Part shown: positions 55,456 through 64,000 of the stretch, one piece after another
Layout of the letters: each line of letters opens with the position of its first letter
How positions within the stretch are numbered: position 1 is the stretch's first letter
Assembly (NCBI GenBank): GCA_964539385.1
Contig: CAZIJC010000007.1
Location: forward strand, 1,193-65,192
Length of the DNA stretch: 64,000 bases
Direction of reading: 5' to 3'
Source: an uncultured Anaerolineales bacterium
Lineage (GTDB): Bacteria > Planctomycetota > Phycisphaerae > FEN-1346
The notes under the pieces: generated by a model
Told to the model about the DNA's origin: nothing
What the model saw: only the letters and a program-made list of their open reading frames with translations
Databases searched by the model: none
Made by a program: the position numbers and the translations under genes

Positions 55456-57933
55456 TCAGTCCCGTTCGGTGGCAGAAGCGTTGGGTTTTTGCATCTGGGT
55501 ATCGGCTCCTGCGTCGTCGGGGTTCTGCTCATCGCCGGCTTTGCCAGCGGCTGGCGTCGCTTCGCCTTCGCCGACCTCATCCTGCGACGGATAGGAGACA
55601 CGACCATGATAAACCGAAAGGAGGGTCTTCGTCAAGGTCTCCTCGATCTTGTGAAGGTCGTTCAGGGTCAGGCTGCAGTTGTCCAACTGGCCGTCCAGGA
55701 GCCGTTTCATAATCATGTCGTGCACCGTCGTGCCGATGCGGGTGGCGGTCTGCTCCTTGAGGCTTCGCGTTGCACCTTCGGCGGCGTCGGCCAGCATGAC
55801 GATGGCGGTTTCCGGGGTGCGCGGCTTGGGGCCGCCGTAGCGGTAGTCGGATTCGTCGGGTGGGTCCTCGCCGGCCTCTTGGGCCTGCTGTTTGGCCTCG
55901 TGGTAAAAGAACTCCATCAGCGTCGTGCCGTGGTGCTCGCCGATAAAGTCCCTGATGACGGGCGGCAGGGCGAGGCGGTCGGCCATCTCCTGGCCGTCCT
56001 TGACGTGGCTCATGATGATGAGGCGGCTCATGGCGGGCGTCAGGCCTCCGTGCGCCTGCTCGCCTTCCTGGTAATTCTCGACGAAGTATCGCGGCTTGTT
56101 GGCCTTGCCGATGTCGTGGAAATAGGCGCCGACGCGGGCCAGGAGGCTGCCTGCGCCGATGGCCTCGGCCGCCGCCTCGCTCAGCGTTCCGATCAGCAGG
56201 CTGTGGGCGTAGGTGCCGGGCGCCTCCAGCGCCAGGCGCTTCAGCGCCGGCTGGTTGACGTCGCACAGTTCCAGCAGGCTGATGTTCGTGACGATGCCGA
56301 AGAGCCGTTCGATGCCCGGCAGGATCGCCAGCATCACGATGCCGGCGGCCAGGCCGGCGCAGAAGCACAGGAACGACGGCCAGAGAACGGCGGGCGGCAC
56401 CATCCCCAACGGCATGTCAGCGTAGTCCAGCCGCCAGAAGGCCAGGGCGCTGCGCACCAGGAGGAAGATAAGGCCCGCCAGGGCGCCGACCTTAATGAGT
56501 TTCGACCGGTTACTAATCTTGCCCAGGGCCAGAATGCCGACCCCGGCGCCTGCCACAGTCATCAAGGCCCAGTCCAGATCGGCCCGCGCCGCGACGGAGA
56601 CCAGCAGAACCAGCGTCCACACCACGGCAAGGGCGAACGGCTGGTTGTAGGCGATGGTTACGATCATACCGGCGGCGGTAACGAGGAACGTGGCGACGGC
56701 CTCCGGCCCGGCGGCCGTGCCGCCCGCCTGAGCCGCCAGTTTCGAAACGCCCACAACCACCAGCGACAGGATGACCAACATCAGACTCCGTGGGATGCTC
56801 CGGGCAACGTTCACCTGAAGCCGAGCGGTCTGGCCTGCCTGCAGGACAATCAGGACGGCCAGAATCGCAACGGCGCTGACCCAGGCCAGGACCGTTCGCA
56901 CCCACCCCAGCCGCGCCAAGTGCGCCTCTTGTTCCTGTTTGAGGACCTTCAGGTCGGCTTCCGTGATTGCCGTGCTGGCTTCGACAAGCGTCGTACCGGC
57001 TTTGCGCAGAATCGGGACGGGCTGGACCTTACGTCTGACGTCGGCGCGGCTGTTCTCCGTCTTCGCCTGATCGTAGGCGAGCGTGGGACCGACGCGGGGC
57101 GCCATGGTGACGGCCAGCAGCCCGACGCCCGTATTGCCGAACACCGGCTGGAGCGCGGGATCGATGAGGCGTTCGATCCGCGACTGGATGCGGTCGGTCT
57201 GCGTCAGCGTCATGATCTTCTCGAGCGCCATGGTCTGGTCGCCCTCGGGCAACTGGACGACGATCATGGCGCTCGGATCTTCCAGGACGGGCGCGGTATC
57301 CGACGACAGGCCGGCAGGCAGTTGTTTCCGGATGTCGCGGAACCGCGCGATGCGCGCCGAGGCACGCTGGTAGTCCTCTTCGTGGATGATCGGCAGATTG
57401 AGCGGATCGGCCATTGCGGCCGTGGCCGTGGTGATGGCTTCCTGGACGGCCGCCAGGTTCGCCGCGTTCTCGCCCAAGGCGGCTTTGACCGCGCCGAACA
57501 TGTCGGCGCTCGCGTTCCAGGCGTCGCGGGACGCGGCCGGCATCTCCTGGAGCGTCGTGGCTTTGGCCACCTCGTCCGCGAGCGAAAGCAGGCTCTCGCG
57601 CAGCGCAATCGCCTGGCGCGCGTCCGGGCTGTACAGGCCGGGCACACGCAGCAGGGCGGTCAGTTCCCTGACGTCGGCGGTGACCTGGCGGTCGATGTAC
57701 TGGAAGTCAACGCGGGACAGAATCGGGTGGACCGTCCGCTCGCCCTTGCGGAAGGGAAGGGGAGGCCGTGGCATCTGGACGATGAGCAGCACGGCGACGA
57801 AAAACGCCAACAGGATGCCCACCTGCCAGCGGACCTGAGAGGACTTCAGATGCCTGTACCACGGCACCTCACCCTCCGGCCGGAGCCGATCGACGCGCCT
57901 CGGTTTGGACCGTTTACGATTCCACAGGGCCAT
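55456..57933 (-). CDS. 7TM-receptor HD/HDIG phosphohydrolase (PgpH/YqfF type)
   Basis: 825 aa. Extracytoplasmic N-domain, seven TM helices, and a C-terminal HD domain (HSLLIG..., GAYFHDIGK, HHG). Confidence 0.9.
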   Translation of the reverse strand: MALWNRKRSKPRRVDRLRPEGEVPWYRHLKSSQVRWQVGILLAFFVAVLLIVQMPRPPLPFRKGERTVHPILSRVDFQYIDRQVTADVRELTALLRVPGLYSPDARQAIALRESLLSLADEVAKATTLQEMPAASRDAWNASADMFGAVKAALGENAANLAAVQEAITTATAAMADPLNLPIIHEEDYQRASARIARFRDIRKQLPAGLSSDTAPVLEDPSAMIVVQLPEGDQTMALEKIMTLTQTDRIQSRIERLIDPALQPVFGNTGVGLLAVTMAPRVGPTLAYDQAKTENSRADVRRKVQPVPILRKAGTTLVEASTAITEADLKVLKQEQEAHLARLGWVRTVLAWVSAVAILAVLIVLQAGQTARLQVNVARSIPRSLMLVILSLVVVGVSKLAAQAGGTAAGPEAVATFLVTAAGMIVTIAYNQPFALAVVWTLVLLVSVAARADLDWALMTVAGAGVGILALGKISNRSKLIKVGALAGLIFLLVRSALAFWRLDYADMPLGMVPPAVLWPSFLCFCAGLAAGIVMLAILPGIERLFGIVTNISLLELCDVNQPALKRLALEAPGTYAHSLLIGTLSEAAAEAIGAGSLLARVGAYFHDIGKANKPRYFVENYQEGEQAHGGLTPAMSRLIIMSHVKDGQEMADRLALPPVIRDFIGEHHGTTLMEFFYHEAKQQAQEAGEDPPDESDYRYGGPKPRTPETAIVMLADAAEGATRSLKEQTATRIGTTVHDMIMKRLLDGQLDNCSLTLNDLHKIEETLTKTLLSVYHGRVSYPSQDEVGEGEATPAAGKAGDEQNPDDAGADTQMQKPNASATERD

Positions 57934-57936
57934 GGA

Positions 57937-58941
57937 TCATTCCTGGTTGGCGGTGTTGGCCTTGACCGTGCCTCGCGTCGTTCGCCGCGGCGAACGGTCC
58001 TCGCTGCCGCGCTCGCCGTGCTCGTAGGCATCGACGATCTCCTGAACCAGCCGGTGGCGGACGATGTCGCCTCGCGTCAGTTCCACCAGTTCGATGCCGT
58101 CGATGCCGGCCAGTTTCTCCCAGGCATCCACCAGTCCGCTCTTGTGGCCTTCTTCGAGGTCCACCTGGGTGATGTCGCCGGTCACGACCATCTTGGAGCG
58201 CATACCCATGCGTGTCAAAAACATCTTCATCTGGGCGGTGGTGGCGTTCTGGGCCTCATCGAGGATGATATAGGCGTCGTTCAGCGTCCGCCCTCGCATG
58301 TACGCCAGGGGAATGACCTCGATGACGTCGGTCTCGACATAGGCCCGGACCTGCTTGAAGCCCATCATGTCGTGCAGCGCATCCAAGAGCGGCCGCAGGT
58401 ACGGGTTGACCTTGGCCTCCAGGTCTCCGGGCAGGAATCCGAGTTTTTCGCCCGCCTCGACCGCCGGCCGCACGAGTACGATCCGCTTGATCTGTTGCTT
58501 CTTGAGGGCCTGGACCGCCATGGCGACGGCCAGGTACGTCTTGCCGCTGCCGGCCGGCCCGATGCAGAATGCCAGGTCGTTTTTCTCGATGGCCTGGCAG
58601 TAGCGCAGTTGTCCGGGCGTCTGGGGACGAACGGCCCGCCCCGTCGTGTAAACCTCGATGGTCTGAAGCGAGGGTGTGCGGCCGCTGCGGCCGACCGTAT
58701 CGACGATCTGCCGCACTTCACGCTCGGTGATGACCTGGCCGTCGCCGGCCATGCGCATCAGTTCCTCCAGCACGGTCTGGGTGTAGCGGACGGCCTGGGC
58801 GGCCCCGGAGACGTGGACCTTGCCTTCCCGGGCTGCAAGCCGCACGGCGAAGGCATCGCGGATAAGCCTCAGGTATTTGTCGCGAGGGCCGAACACCAGG
58901 CGACGGTGAACATCACTGGCCAGTTTGAACGTTCGTTCCAT
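57937..58941 (-). CDS. phoH: PhoH-family ATPase
   Basis: ORF 57937..59214 trimmed to Met92. Walker A GPAGSGKTYLA, LPGDLEAKVNPYLRPL, IILDEAQN. Confidence 0.93.
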   Translation of the reverse strand: MERTFKLASDVHRRLVFGPRDKYLRLIRDAFAVRLAAREGKVHVSGAAQAVRYTQTVLEELMRMAGDGQVITEREVRQIVDTVGRSGRTPSLQTIEVYTTGRAVRPQTPGQLRYCQAIEKNDLAFCIGPAGSGKTYLAVAMAVQALKKQQIKRIVLVRPAVEAGEKLGFLPGDLEAKVNPYLRPLLDALHDMMGFKQVRAYVETDVIEVIPLAYMRGRTLNDAYIILDEAQNATTAQMKMFLTRMGMRSKMVVTGDITQVDLEEGHKSGLVDAWEKLAGIDGIELVELTRGDIVRHRLVQEIVDAYEHGERGSEDRSPRRTTRGTVKANTANQE

Positions 58942-58982
58942 GGTATTTGCGGCCACTGTGAAGCCGAGCGGCCTGCCGACTA

Positions 58983-59894
58983 TTATCCCATCGGAACCTG
59001 CTCGGTCAATACCACAAGCAGCACGTAGGCCACCGGGCTGGCCGACAGCATGGAATCGAGAATGTCGAGCGCGCCGCCGAAACCGGGGATCACGCCGCTG
59101 TCTTTTACGCCGCACGCCCGTTTCATGAGGCTCTCGGCCAGGTCGCCCAGAACGCCGCTGATGCTCACAAGGGCGCCGAACAGGAGCATCTGGCCCCAGG
59201 TGAACCGTCCCCATCCGACGCCGAACGCCACGGCGACGGCGGTGCCTGCCGCCATGGCGCCAATCAGACCCTCGATGGTCTTGCCGGGACTGAGTTTCGG
59301 CACCAACCGGTGACGGCCGAGCGACGAGCCGATGGCGTAGGCGCCGATGTCGCTGCTTTTGACCACGCCGAGCGTCAGCGCCAGGTAAAGGACACCTTCA
59401 AGGGGGTTGTCCGAGAGGAATCGCACCTTCACCAGGAAGATGCCCAGCAGGCCGACCGCCAGGACCACCAGAACGGTCCAACCGACGCTTGCCAGCGCCT
59501 GCAACGTGTCGCGGCCCGCGCGCTCCACCAGGAAGATCTCGGCCAGGAACGTCGTGAACACCAGCGCGACGATCAGCAGCAGGTACAATTCGAGGCCGTG
59601 TCCGTAAAGCCACGGTAGAACCTGCGACGGACGGTGGATCTCGAGCCTGGCGGCAGCGAGGATCAGGCCCACAAACACCATTCCAATGACCGGCCGACAC
59701 GGCAGCCCGCGCCCCCGGAGCATCCGGAAGAACTCCCGGCACCCCGTCAGCAGCGCCACGGCCAGCAGCAACCAAAAGCCGGGTGCGAGGTTCATGCCGG
59801 CCCATTCGGCGATCGCGACGTCGCCGAGCAGAATGGCCGCCGTCCCGGCGATGAGCCCTGCGCCGATTGTCACCCGCGTCAATGGACTGTTCAT
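58983..59894 (-). CDS. cdsA: phosphatidate cytidylyltransferase
   Basis: ORF 58983..60035 trimmed to Met48, with ATGA overlap with uppS. CTP-transferase signature SDIGAY..G...G...L.P..SP.KT.EG and GDL.ES..KR. Confidence 0.9.
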   Translation of the reverse strand: MNSPLTRVTIGAGLIAGTAAILLGDVAIAEWAGMNLAPGFWLLLAVALLTGCREFFRMLRGRGLPCRPVIGMVFVGLILAAARLEIHRPSQVLPWLYGHGLELYLLLIVALVFTTFLAEIFLVERAGRDTLQALASVGWTVLVVLAVGLLGIFLVKVRFLSDNPLEGVLYLALTLGVVKSSDIGAYAIGSSLGRHRLVPKLSPGKTIEGLIGAMAAGTAVAVAFGVGWGRFTWGQMLLFGALVSISGVLGDLAESLMKRACGVKDSGVIPGFGGALDILDSMLSASPVAYVLLVVLTEQVPMG

Positions 59895-60673
59895 GGCGTC
59901 TCGTCCTGGGGCAGCAGACCGCCGAAGCGGCGCTGGCGGCCGGCGAAATCGCGGATGGCCCGGTGCAGGTCCGCTTCCTGAAAGCCCGGCCACCGTGTTT
60001 CGGTCACCCACAGTTCCGCATACGAAATCTGCCACAGAAGGAAGTTCGACAGCCGCATCTCGCCGGCCGTCCGGATCAAGAGGTCTGGGTCGGGCATGTC
60101 GGCCGTGTCGAGGGCGGCGCCAAACACCTCTTCGGAGATCGTGGCGGGGTCGAGGCTGCCGCGCGCGGCCCGTTCGGCCAGGGCGCGTGCGGCGTCGACG
60201 ATTTCGCGGCGGCTGCCGTAATTGACCGCCAGGCAGAGGGTGGTGCTCGTGTTGGCCGCCGTCATCTCGATCGTTCGGTCCACTTCCTCCAGCACGTGGT
60301 CCGGAATCCCGTCGCGGCGGCCGATGGTCCGGAACCGCATGTTGTGCTTCATCAGCGTGGGCTGTTCCTGCACCAGGTATTCCCGGTACAGTTCCATCAG
60401 GAGGGCGACTTCCGCCGCGGGCCGGCGCCAGTTCTCACTGGAGAAGGCGAACAGGGTCAGTTGCTCGAGGCCGAGGCGCCAGGCCTCTTCGGTGATGCGG
60501 CAGACGTTGGCGGCGCCCTCGCGATGGCCTTCGATGCGGGGCAGACCACGCGCCTTCGCCCACCGCCCGTTGCCGTCCATGATGACGGCGATGTGTCCGG
60601 GCCATGCCTCCCGGGGCACGTCGGCGAGGATGTCGGGGGTGTATTCGGCTTCGCCCATTTTGCGTTGATTCAT
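59891..60673 (-). CDS. uppS: undecaprenyl (isoprenyl) diphosphate synthase
   Basis: HIAVIMDGNGRWA, FAFSSENW.RP, and DLLIRT.GE.RLSNFLLWQ. Confidence 0.96.
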   Translation of the reverse strand: MNQRKMGEAEYTPDILADVPREAWPGHIAVIMDGNGRWAKARGLPRIEGHREGAANVCRITEEAWRLGLEQLTLFAFSSENWRRPAAEVALLMELYREYLVQEQPTLMKHNMRFRTIGRRDGIPDHVLEEVDRTIEMTAANTSTTLCLAVNYGSRREIVDAARALAERAARGSLDPATISEEVFGAALDTADMPDPDLLIRTAGEMRLSNFLLWQISYAELWVTETRWPGFQEADLHRAIRDFAGRQRRFGGLLPQDETP

Positions 60674-60739
60674 TAGCCCCCTATGACAACAGGGGGTCGC
60701 GTGCGGCCCCCGATTGCCGTCGGGGGCTGGTCATCGCCC

Positions 60740-62047
60740 TCACTGGCGAAAGATCGTCTGCTGGCGGTCGGGGCCGACGCTGATGATGCGCACGGGCGCC
60801 CCGACCAGTTCCTCCACACGGTTCACGTACGCCTTGGCCGCCTCGGGCAAGTCGTCGAACTTGCGGACGCCTGTGATGTCGTCCGACCACGGCTCCAGGT
60901 CTTCCAGGACCGGCTCAGATTTCGCGAGCGCCTGCGGACAGACGGGGAACGCCTCGAGCCGCCGTCCGTCCAGGCGATACCCCGTGCAGATTCGAACGTC
61001 CGGAAGACCCGACAGAACGTCGAGCAGCGTGATGACGATGCCGTCGATGCCGTTCACCCGGGCCGCGTATCGGATCGCGAACGTGTCGAGCCACCCGCAG
61101 CGGCGCGGACGCCCGGTCGTCGTGCCGTACTCGTTGCCCTGCTCGCGAATCTGGCTGCCGACCTCGCCGGTCAGTTCCGTGGGGAACGGTCCCTCGCCGA
61201 CGCGCGTGGTGTAGGCCTTGACGACACCGAGGATGCGGCCGATTTCGCGGGCGGGCACGCCGGTCCCCGGCCAGACGCCGGCCGCCGAGGCGCTCGAACT
61301 CGTGACGTATGGATACGTGCCGTGATCGATGTCCAGAAGCGTGCCCTGGGCGCCCTCAAAGAGGATGCGTTTGCCGGCGGCCAGCGCCTCGTGGAGGAAG
61401 GCGGTCGTGTCGGCGATCATCGGGGCAAGTTGCTGGCCGTAGGCGGCGTATTCGTCCCAGACGGCGTCGGCCTCGAGCGGCTCTTCGCCGAAGACGCCGG
61501 TGAAGATGCGATTCTTGGTCTCGACGATTTGCCGCACCGCCTTCTCCAGGTCGTGCGGAGCCAGGAAGCGGCCCATCCGGATGGCCGTCACGCGGTTCGC
61601 CTTGTCGCCGTAGGCCGGGCCGATGCCGCGAAGCGTCGTGCCGATCTTGCCCTTGCCGAGGTACTTCTCGGAAAGCGCTTCCAGCTTCTTGTGCCAGGGC
61701 CAGATGGTGTGGGCGCGGCTTGAGACGAGCAGCCGTTGTCTGAGGCCCGTGGCCACGCCCTCGTAGTTCGCGATCTCTTCGAGCAGCACCTTGGGGTCCA
61801 CCACGAGCCCGCCGCCGATGACGCACGTGACGTTCGGATGGAACAGGCCGGACGGCACAAGGTGCAGTTTGTACGTCTCGCCCTCGAACGCCACGGTATG
61901 GCCGGCGTTGTTGCCGCCGTTGTATCGGACACAGAGGTCGTGCTCGGCCGAGAGGATGTCGACGATCTTGCCCTTGGCCTCGTCGCCCCAGGTCAGGCCT
62001 ACGATGCAGGTGCTGTTGCGTGCGCTCACCTTCGGTGTGCCTCCCAC
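60740..62047 (-). CDS. purA: adenylosuccinate synthase
   Basis: WGDEAKGKIVD P-loop, GGNNAGHT, GTT.RGIGP.Y. The true start may be the GTG at 62029. Confidence 0.96.
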   Translation of the reverse strand: MGGTPKVSARNSTCIVGLTWGDEAKGKIVDILSAEHDLCVRYNGGNNAGHTVAFEGETYKLHLVPSGLFHPNVTCVIGGGLVVDPKVLLEEIANYEGVATGLRQRLLVSSRAHTIWPWHKKLEALSEKYLGKGKIGTTLRGIGPAYGDKANRVTAIRMGRFLAPHDLEKAVRQIVETKNRIFTGVFGEEPLEADAVWDEYAAYGQQLAPMIADTTAFLHEALAAGKRILFEGAQGTLLDIDHGTYPYVTSSSASAAGVWPGTGVPAREIGRILGVVKAYTTRVGEGPFPTELTGEVGSQIREQGNEYGTTTGRPRRCGWLDTFAIRYAARVNGIDGIVITLLDVLSGLPDVRICTGYRLDGRRLEAFPVCPQALAKSEPVLEDLEPWSDDITGVRKFDDLPEAAKAYVNRVEELVGAPVRIISVGPDRQQTIFRQ

Positions 62048-62312
62048 GGTTGTGCCGCCCTCGCTGGCGGGGTGCGGCCGCCCTCGCGCCTGCCGGTCAG
62101 CGCAAACGACCGGCGCTTGCCCAACCCGGGGCTCGCGCCGTTGCAGAACCCTACACGAAAGGCCAATCGAATGCCAGAAAAAACCGGACTGTGGCGCACG
62201 TCGAAAAACCGACTCACGCTACCGGGTTTCGCTCAAGCCTTTTGCCCGCCGTGTCGATGTATGCCGTGAGGCTGTGGGTCACCCCGCGAAGCGGGGACAG
62301 CCTGATGTTTGA

Positions 62313-62348
62313 GGGTCCGGGCCGCGGCGAACCCGGATCCTCTTTTTT
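62313..62348 (+). terminator. intrinsic terminator on the plus strand (9-bp stem GGGUCCGGG/CCCGGAUCC followed by UCUUUUUUG)
   Basis: Read directly from the sequence. Preceded by a second hairpin, CCCCGC-GAA-GCGGGG (62282-62296). There is no plus-strand CDS upstream of it. Confidence 0.6.
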
Positions 62349-62414
62349 GCGCCACCGTACCCCGCCTATCGCTGCGAAAACGCGCCGCGCAAGCGCGGCG
62401 GCTGACTCGGTGAA

Positions 62415-63452
62415 TCACTCGCCGGGCGCAATCATCGCCTTCAGCACACCGTCGGCGTACTCGGCCGCCATCTCGAACGCCTTCGGCCCGTCGCCGAGGC
62501 CGACGCGGTGGGTGATCCAACTCGCCACATCCAGGCGGCCGGTCGTCAGCAGCGTCATCGCCTGCTCGGCTGCGTGCCGCGACCGCCGGACGTACTGAAC
62601 AGAAAGTTCCTTGCGGCGGGCGTCGTGCGCACCCAGGACGATCTGATCCTCTTCGGGAATGCCGACCAGGCAGACGCGTCCGCAGATGGCGGCCACGTCG
62701 TAGGCCTGGGGCGCCCCGGCGGCGCGATTCGTGCACTCGAAGACGACGTCGGTCCCCCGGCCGTCGGTCAGCCGCATGATCGCCTCGACCGGGTCTTCCT
62801 TCTCGACGTTGACCACGTCGTCGGCGCCGCGTTTTTTTGCGAACTCCAGCCGATAGTCCAGCCTGTCCGTCACGATGATGCGCCCCGCGCCGGCGATCCG
62901 CGCCACGTCCATGCACCCCAGGCCGATGGCCCCCGCTCCAACGACGGTCACCGTCTCGCCCCGGCGCAGGCCCATGAGGTTCACCGCGTGGACAGCCACC
63001 TGGAGCGGCTCGAGCATGGCCGCCTCTTCAAAAGTCATGGTGTCGGGGATCGGAATGCACTGGCGTGGCTCCAGGATCGCCACTTCGCACATCAGCCCGT
63101 CGCACGGGGGCGTGCTGCGGAACTCCACCACCGGGCAAGCGTTCGGTTTGCCCCCGTTGCACCACTCGCACCGGCCGCACCAGCGCGCCGGCTCCACGGC
63201 GATGCGCCGGCCCACCGCCAGCCCCTCGACGCCGGGGCCGAGTTGCACGACCTCGCCCGCCGCCTCGTGGCCGGCGATCAGCGGCTTTTCGACGACCTGG
63301 TCGCCGATGCGGCCGTGCTTGTAGTAGTGGATGTCCGACCCGCAGATGCCGACCGCACGGACGCGGACCTTGACCTCGCCCGGTCCGGGCTCCGGTTCCG
63401 GCAGATCCTCCACCCGCAGGTCGCGGATGCCGTGCAAGACCAGTGCTTTCAC
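62415..63452 (-). CDS. zinc-dependent alcohol/polyol dehydrogenase (sorbitol/threonine dehydrogenase-like MDR)
   Basis: ORF 62415..63653 trimmed to the GTG at codon 68 (VKALVLHG). GICGSDIHYYKHGRIG, GHEAAGEV, structural-zinc Cys cluster CGRCEWC, GAGAIGLG. Confidence 0.9.
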   Translation of the reverse strand: MKALVLHGIRDLRVEDLPEPEPGPGEVKVRVRAVGICGSDIHYYKHGRIGDQVVEKPLIAGHEAAGEVVQLGPGVEGLAVGRRIAVEPARWCGRCEWCNGGKPNACPVVEFRSTPPCDGLMCEVAILEPRQCIPIPDTMTFEEAAMLEPLQVAVHAVNLMGLRRGETVTVVGAGAIGLGCMDVARIAGAGRIIVTDRLDYRLEFAKKRGADDVVNVEKEDPVEAIMRLTDGRGTDVVFECTNRAAGAPQAYDVAAICGRVCLVGIPEEDQIVLGAHDARRKELSVQYVRRSRHAAEQAMTLLTTGRLDVASWITHRVGLGDGPKAFEMAAEYADGVLKAMIAPGE

Positions 63453-63462
63453 GGTACACCTT

Positions 63463-64000
63463 TCACGCTCTGGACTTGCCGCCCGAGATGTTGATGACTG
63501 TCCCGTGGACGTAGCCGGCACGGTCGGAAGCGAGAAACGCGACCACGTCGGCCACTTCCTGGAGCGTGCCCGCCCGGCCCAGCGGAATCGAAACTTTCTT
63601 GTAGGCCGCCCGGAGTTGTTCCGCCGTGATGCCGCGCGCATGCGCCAGGGCACGCTCGTACCCTTCGGAGCGCAGCGCCGTGGCCTCCAGGATGCCCGGC
63701 GCCACCCCCGTGACGCGGATGCCGTGCCTGCCCAGTTCCTTGGCCCAGGATCGCGTCAGCGAGTAGATCCCCGCCTTGGTGGCCGCGTAAACGCTTTGGC
63801 CTTCGGACCCTTCCAGGCCGGACTCCGAGGCCATGTTGATGATTGCGCCGCCGCGCTTGGCCTGTATCATGCTGCGGGCCGCCGCCTGGGTGCACAGGAA
63901 GACGCCTTTCAGATTGACGGCGATGACTTGGTCCCAGATCGCATCGGTCAGTTCCTCCTCGCCGGCGGGGTCCACCAGCAACCTGGGAACGTTGATGCCC
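63463..64000 (-). CDS. short-chain dehydrogenase/reductase, C-terminal part (gene runs off the right edge)
   Basis: The frame stays open to base 64000 (GINVPRLLVDPAG...). SDR catalytic YAATKAG, PG.I.T, and C-terminal G.V..I.GG. Confidence 0.85.
   Translation of the reverse strand, partial: GINVPRLLVDPAGEEELTDAIWDQVIAVNLKGVFLCTQAAARSMIQAKRGGAIINMASESGLEGSEGQSVYAATKAGIYSLTRSWAKELGRHGIRVTGVAPGILEATALRSEGYERALAHARGITAEQLRAAYKKVSIPLGRAGTLQEVADVVAFLASDRAGYVHGTVINISGGKSRA

Noticed and set aside
62171-62269. A 32-codon plus-strand ORF, MPEKTGLWRTSKNRLTLPGFAQAFCPPCRCMP, upstream of the orphan terminator.
   Set aside because: It has no Shine-Dalgarno, its composition is unremarkable, and it ends about 45 nt before the terminator hairpins. 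A non-coding RNA is the more economical explanation, though a small protein cannot be excluded.

Overview
The window is visibly GC-rich, roughly two-thirds G+C by eye (not computed). It is densely packed with bacterial chromosomal housekeeping genes. Several features suggest a Planctomycetota-like diderm: CxxC zinc-ribbon membrane proteins, SpoVG, adjacent BamD- and LptE-like genes, and many Pro-rich linkers. That lineage call is inference only. I call 58 protein-coding genes and one tRNA-Leu(UAG).

Recognisable blocks:
- dapF followed by a five-gene Opp/Dpp-type peptide ABC transporter
- tkt and guaB
- an orphan HAMP histidine kinase, then dapA
- pdxJ, dprA and aroB
- folC
- ispE-spoVG and ilvB-ilvN-ilvC
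- a CNT-family nucleoside transporter
- a minus-strand run of ftsH-folP-cdaA-cdaR-proA
- bamD-like/lptE-like, then recO
- the phoH/7TM-HD/ybeY/corC cluster
- uppS-cdsA, purA, and two dehydrogenases

Only two segments look accessory. One is a DUF4258/DUF2283 toxin-antitoxin-like pair (4.6-5.1 kb). The other is a lower-GC type II restriction-modification module (24.8-26.4 kb) wedged between a creD-like gene and pdxJ.

Other points worth a second look:
- an unannotated 26-codon ultra-basic ORF with its own promoter and a GGAGG Shine-Dalgarno sequence
- a histidine kinase whose periplasmic domain carries a CXXCH heme-c motif
- a SpoVG with an inserted zinc ribbon and a tandem-repeat tail
- two orphan intrinsic terminators that imply untranslated RNAs
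- a 160-bp AT-rich inverted-repeat element built from six AATGACGAA copies
- at least two families of GC-rich palindromic (REP-like) elements at intergenic sites

I did not find a compelling multi-gene system of wholly unknown type. All coordinates for shortened starts were derived from the ORF track by residue counting. No database search was possible.
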